A stretch of DNA of 52,496 bases from a virus (lineage: Duplodnaviria; Caudoviricetes), in IMG/VR virus record IMGVR_UViG_3300028045_000022, positions 1 to 52,496 of that record; one strand, given 5' to 3'. This document shows positions 49,119 to 52,496 of the stretch, piece after piece. How positions within the stretch are numbered: position 1 is the first letter of the stretch; each line of letters starts with the position of its first letter. Made by a program: the position numbers and the translations under genes. The notes under the pieces were generated by a model. That model searched no databases, was not told the DNA's origin, and saw only the letters and a list, made by a program, of their open reading frames with translations.

Positions 49119-49313
49119 ATGGGTGAATTTATGAAAGCTTTTAAGAATGACTTAGCAATAAGTTTATTCGGTAGGAGCCAAGATGAAGCACAGGATAAAG
49201 CAATTTGTGTTTCTTGTGGCGGAGATGCAAGCGAATTCGTTGACGAAGTAAGTCAGCACGAATACTCCATTTCAGGAATGTGTCAAAAGTGTCAAGATGA
49301 ATTTTTTGGCTAA
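49119..49313 (+). CDS. small zinc-binding protein
   Basis: CVSCG...EYSISGMCQKCQDEFFG; AAGGAG RBS. Confidence 0.75.
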   Translation: MGEFMKAFKNDLAISLFGRSQDEAQDKAICVSCGGDASEFVDEVSQHEYSISGMCQKCQDEFFG

Positions 49314-49392
49314 ATAAAATTAGAATGTCTTATTCAGTGTCTCTTAGGTGAGGCACTACTATAAGATTTTTTAACATTTTCAAGGATTTATT

Positions 49393-49545
49393 ATGAAAAA
49401 TTTAGTTGATCTTTTTAGCTCAGACGTGTCACATTTGTTACATTTAGGTTTTAGGCCTGAAGATTTCAATCCAAGACCCGTAGATAAAGTTGAGTTTGGA
49501 TACAAGGAAGATTTCTTAGATACAGAGTTTGATGACTTTGACTAA
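49393..49545 (+). CDS. 50-aa acidic peptide
   Basis: Manual translation MKNLVDLFSSDVSHLLHLGFRPEDFNPRPVDKVEFGYKEDFLDTEFDDFD; AAGGA RBS. Confidence 0.65.
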   Translation: MKNLVDLFSSDVSHLLHLGFRPEDFNPRPVDKVEFGYKEDFLDTEFDDFD

Positions 49546-49599
49546 GAAAAATAAATAGAATGTCTTAATTGATGTTATTCAAAGGAGTTCATCACCAAA

Positions 49600-50160
49600 T
49601 AGCCTTATATCTCTGACTGGTGAATCAGAGGGAAATTATTAGATAAGAGCAAACTAATGATTAAATATGAGGCCACCGCTCGTTTTTAACTAAAGGAGTA
49701 GCAGAAATGCTATAGTTTCAGACCTGAGTCATGTCACAAAACTGACTTATTACGGACTATATGGGGGTAGGATCTCTTCACTTATGAACAGTAATGTTCT
49801 CGGTGAGTAGTCTGGGGGTTTGGTACTGACCTAATTAGTAAAGTACTACTGGTTTTTAATGATTGCACCAGTTATCCTAAAACAATCATAATTCGTATCT
49901 AAAATCTGGGAAGGCTTTGCGGAGCTGGAGTAAAAGATACGTGCATTTTTGTAGTAGATCTTAATAACAACACTACATTGATGTACTTAAATATTAAAGT
50001 TGTTATAGGAGTTGTGTACACTTCTTTGATGGTATAAAACCAAAGTGCATTTATGCGTAATAATTTGATATTGTGTCTAGTAACGCGCCAATATCATCTT
50101 ACTGAAAGACTACAGCGTGTTAAAGGAGTTGGGTACACTTCTAATAAAAACAAGTGCCCA
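49600..50160 (+). ncRNA. ORF-free array of structured RNA modules (three-way junctions plus six H-type pseudoknots)
   Basis: No ORF of 60 aa or more. Pairings are listed in the findings; non-Watson-Crick stem positions are G-U on the + strand. Confidence 0.75.
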
Positions 50161-50230
50161 TTATATTTTATAAGATATACTAAAATGAATAGTGCGTCTT
50201 ATTAAGTATAATTTTTAACTAGGAGGATAT

Positions 50231-50512
50231 ATGAGAGATCATTTATCAAAATTGAACTTCAAATATGACGACAAAGGTCAACAAGCTATTCTTTTCTTCC
50301 TTAATGGATATGGTGTATCTGTTGTATGGGGAGAAGGTAGGTACGGTGATGGTGTTGATTCTTGGGAATTGGCTGTACTCAAAGGTGAAATGGATAATTG
50401 GGAACTATGTTATGACACTGATGTAACTTGTGATGTTATGGGTTGGTTAGATCGCAGTGAGGTTAACAAGGCAATCGAAGATGTTTACAAGTTAGAATTT
50501 GTAAATGAATAG
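50231..50512 (+). CDS. hypothetical phage protein
   Basis: AGGAGG RBS; FLNGYGVSVV...WELAVL...DVMGWL pattern. Confidence 0.75.
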   Translation: MRDHLSKLNFKYDDKGQQAILFFLNGYGVSVVWGEGRYGDGVDSWELAVLKGEMDNWELCYDTDVTCDVMGWLDRSEVNKAIEDVYKLEFVNE

Positions 50513-50677
50513 AGTGTCTTAATTATTGATTCTTGATTAAGGAGGAACCACAATTGAGGGTTTACTAAGAGAGTTAGGTATCTACTGTAAAAGATATTAA
50601 TTCCATCTAAGAAGAGAGGGATGGTATAACAAATACTTCTCAAACTAATTTTTTTAAAACAATATCTAGGAGATATT

Positions 50678-51103
50678 ATGAATAACACAGCTGACAACAC
50701 CAGGACTTCAAACACTATCAGTGACCTTTTCGATGCAGGAAATCCAGTAGCTAGAGAACAGATAAAAACCAGAACTGTAAGAAAAAGCGAGAAGGATCTC
50801 ATAATCCAACAAATTAAGAATGAAGTCAATGTTATTAAAGTTAACAGAGATAACTTACTTAAAACTGCTAACGGTGATAAAATGCTTACACACCAGATAA
50901 ATAGTGAAGCGAAGACACGTATCCTTGCATTGCAGATTAAATTTCAACCTGCCATTAAAAATGCCAGCATTGACGTTGAAGCAGTTGGGGAAGCATTATT
51001 TTCTATGGGTGGTGAAAAAGTAGGTGCATTTGTCGCAACTCCAGTTAAAGCAGCTAAAGGGTTTTTTGGTTCTCTTATGAGAAGAGCAGGTATAATCAAA
51101 TAA
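50678..51103 (+). CDS. hypothetical protein
   Basis: AGGAG RBS; ORF track. Confidence 0.7.
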   Translation: MNNTADNTRTSNTISDLFDAGNPVAREQIKTRTVRKSEKDLIIQQIKNEVNVIKVNRDNLLKTANGDKMLTHQINSEAKTRILALQIKFQPAIKNASIDVEAVGEALFSMGGEKVGAFVATPVKAAKGFFGSLMRRAGIIK

Positions 51104-51127
51104 TAAGGTTTCTTCGAAATTCCCCAG

Positions 51128-51160
51128 GTCATCTGCCGAATGGTGGGTGGCCGCTTTATT
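51128..51160 (+). terminator. terminator-like hairpin
   Basis: GGTCATCTGCC-GAAT-GGTGGGTGGCC followed by GCTTTATT. Confidence 0.45.
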
Positions 51161-51194
51161 AACTAATTTAATAATAATTATCAAAGGATATGTC

Positions 51195-51605
51195 ATGTTT
51201 AATATTAAGAATGCTGTAGAGAAAAAAGTAATCGGTAACAAAATTAGGACCTTTATCGAAGATCTTGATACTCAATCTATACTTGAAATTGGTGAAATTA
51301 TCGGAGACACATTTAAAAAGATATTAATATCTGAATCTTTAATGTTAACTGATATGGTTAAAGACAACAAAGAACAATTAATTAAACTAGCTGAAGATAA
51401 TTCTAATCTTATTATATCCTTAAATAATTCTTGGGATATGTGGACCGAAGCTAAAACTAATAAAAAGAATCAAGATAATGTCAAATCTATTAAATCTAAT
51501 ATTAATAGAAGTTGGAATGAGTTTCTTGAAAGAGTAGATTGCATAAACGAAGATAGTAACAAGGCTGTTGCTAACAATAAGTATATCGCTAAATTTAATA
51601 AGTAA
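51195..51605 (+). CDS. hypothetical protein
   Basis: ATG 51195 follows AAGGA. Confidence 0.7.
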   Translation: MFNIKNAVEKKVIGNKIRTFIEDLDTQSILEIGEIIGDTFKKILISESLMLTDMVKDNKEQLIKLAEDNSNLIISLNNSWDMWTEAKTNKKNQDNVKSIKSNINRSWNEFLERVDCINEDSNKAVANNKYIAKFNK

Positions 51606-51607
51606 TC

Positions 51608-51958
51608 ATGGAAAGCATATTAATTTTCGGTATCTTAATGGCGCTTGCTGCTGGATTATTTTGGGTAATCGAGGCTCAACCGTATGTCAGAAAATTAAAA
51701 GAATTAAAGAAAGAACACGCTAATGCTACCGCTAACGTTTCAACTATACGTAAATATGCTAGTAATACAGCATTTACTATTAAAACTGGAGCACATATAT
51801 ATCTATTGTTACCTTTAGGTATAGATCTATTTATTACAAGTTCATTAGCATCAATGTTAGGTTTTGGTGGAATGGTCGGTGGTATCATCGGATTATTCAT
51901 CTCTAATATCATTTCATTATTTATTATAGTTGTAGCTGCAAGTATGAATGGAAAGTAG
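51608..51958 (+). CDS. membrane protein (about 3 TM segments)
   Basis: Hydrophobic segments at both the N- and C-termini. Confidence 0.7.
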   Translation: MESILIFGILMALAAGLFWVIEAQPYVRKLKELKKEHANATANVSTIRKYASNTAFTIKTGAHIYLLLPLGIDLFITSSLASMLGFGGMVGGIIGLFISNIISLFIIVVAASMNGK

Positions 51959-51964
51959 GACATT

Positions 51965-52195
51965 ATGGTTAAAGATTTAACAATCGCTGTCGCTGTTAGG
52001 ACCACAGAGCATGGAAACTCAGGGTATATATTATATATGCCCAATAGTTCAGGTAACGGTCGTTATGGATGGTATACAACGTCACATGATACTGATCATA
52101 TGATTAGACAAGAACTTCAAAATGATGCTGAGGATTATGGAAGATCATTAGTTATCTGTACACCTGATAGACAAGCATATTATGGAATTAAATAA
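51965..52195 (+). CDS. hypothetical protein
   Basis: AGGA RBS; ORF track. Confidence 0.65.
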   Translation: MVKDLTIAVAVRTTEHGNSGYILYMPNSSGNGRYGWYTTSHDTDHMIRQELQNDAEDYGRSLVICTPDRQAYYGIK

Positions 52196-52237
52196 TACCA
52201 ACAAACAGGTTATGACTAAATAACGACTTTGTGGTAA

Positions 52238-52265
52238 GGCCCCCCGAGCGGATGCGAGGGGGGCT
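52238..52265. other. GC-rich hairpin closing the plus-strand block
   Basis: GGCCCCCC-GAGCGGATGCGA-GGGGGGCT. Confidence 0.5.
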
Positions 52266-52496
52266 ATTCATTCTATTTTTTCTAATTCTCAATTACTACA
52301 AATAAACATCAGTTCACTCTAGGGCCAAAGAAATATATTTCACTATATTTCAAGTACTTAGAGAAAACCTTGTTTTCCGTTCACTATCCCTATATTTTCA
52401 CTAAAATATACGTAAGTTTTACTAAAATAACGCAAATGCATTGAATTTGGTTAAAATTTTGCTAAAATACGCGCGTAAGAGGAGTTTGAAAGTACC

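Larger units (their letters stand above)
48708..50521 (+). repeat. dispersed motif TAGAATGTCTTA, six copies at cassette boundaries
   Basis: Exact copies at 48708, 49071, 49321 and 49556; variants at 50190 (TAGTGCGTCTTA) and 50510 (TAGAGTGTCTTA). Each has an A-rich 5' flank. Confidence 0.85.

Noticed and set aside
49560-50220. tRNA cluster or tmRNA in the ORF-free gap
   Set aside because: I found no cloverleaf, T-loop GTTCRA, CCA end or tag reading frame. A tRNAscan-SE/ARAGORN run would confirm this.
48708-50521. CRISPR or mini-CRISPR array from the TAGAATGTCTTA repeats
   Set aside because: The repeats are only about 12-22 bp and are separated by 235-630 bp containing whole genes; no cas genes are present.
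52488-52496. Fourth leader copy (GAAAGTAC) at the window edge
   Set aside because: Only 8 nt match, the next base differs, and the window ends.
1-52496. Alternative genetic code, or a firm host assignment
   Set aside because: Long ORFs tile densely under the standard code and TAG is used as a stop. The host cannot be determined from this window.

Overview
This window is an AT-rich fragment of a large contractile-tailed dsDNA phage (myovirus-type), read with the standard genetic code and Shine-Dalgarno-led genes. Positions 1-44,400 are a minus-strand late module. In transcription order it holds a YadA-like spike, a 2,377-aa mosaic tail fibre, a stand-alone terminase-like ATPase, dUTPase, an Amidase_3 endolysin, TerS, TerL, portal, protease/scaffold, a decoration protein, the major capsid protein, neck proteins, tail sheath, three tail-tube paralogues and tail chaperones. 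A recurring TATACTAT motif precedes many of these genes. From about 44,580 the strand switches to a plus-strand early/accessory region of small ORFs that is unusually rich in structured non-coding sequence. It contains a sigma70-type promoter, a covarying multi-hairpin leader repeated before the first three genes, a complete type II hammerhead ribozyme (45,034-45,104) and a long RNase III-like hairpin. It also contains a GC-rich branched element, a six-copy TAGAATGTCTTA cassette-boundary motif, and a ~600-nt ORF-free array of back-to-back H-type pseudoknots led by a doubly pseudoknotted three-way junction (49,600-50,160). That array is the best candidate for an undescribed system; my hypothesis is a phage library of RNA decoys or antitoxin mimics. 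All base pairings were derived by eye and protein calls come from motif recognition and gene order; no searches were run.
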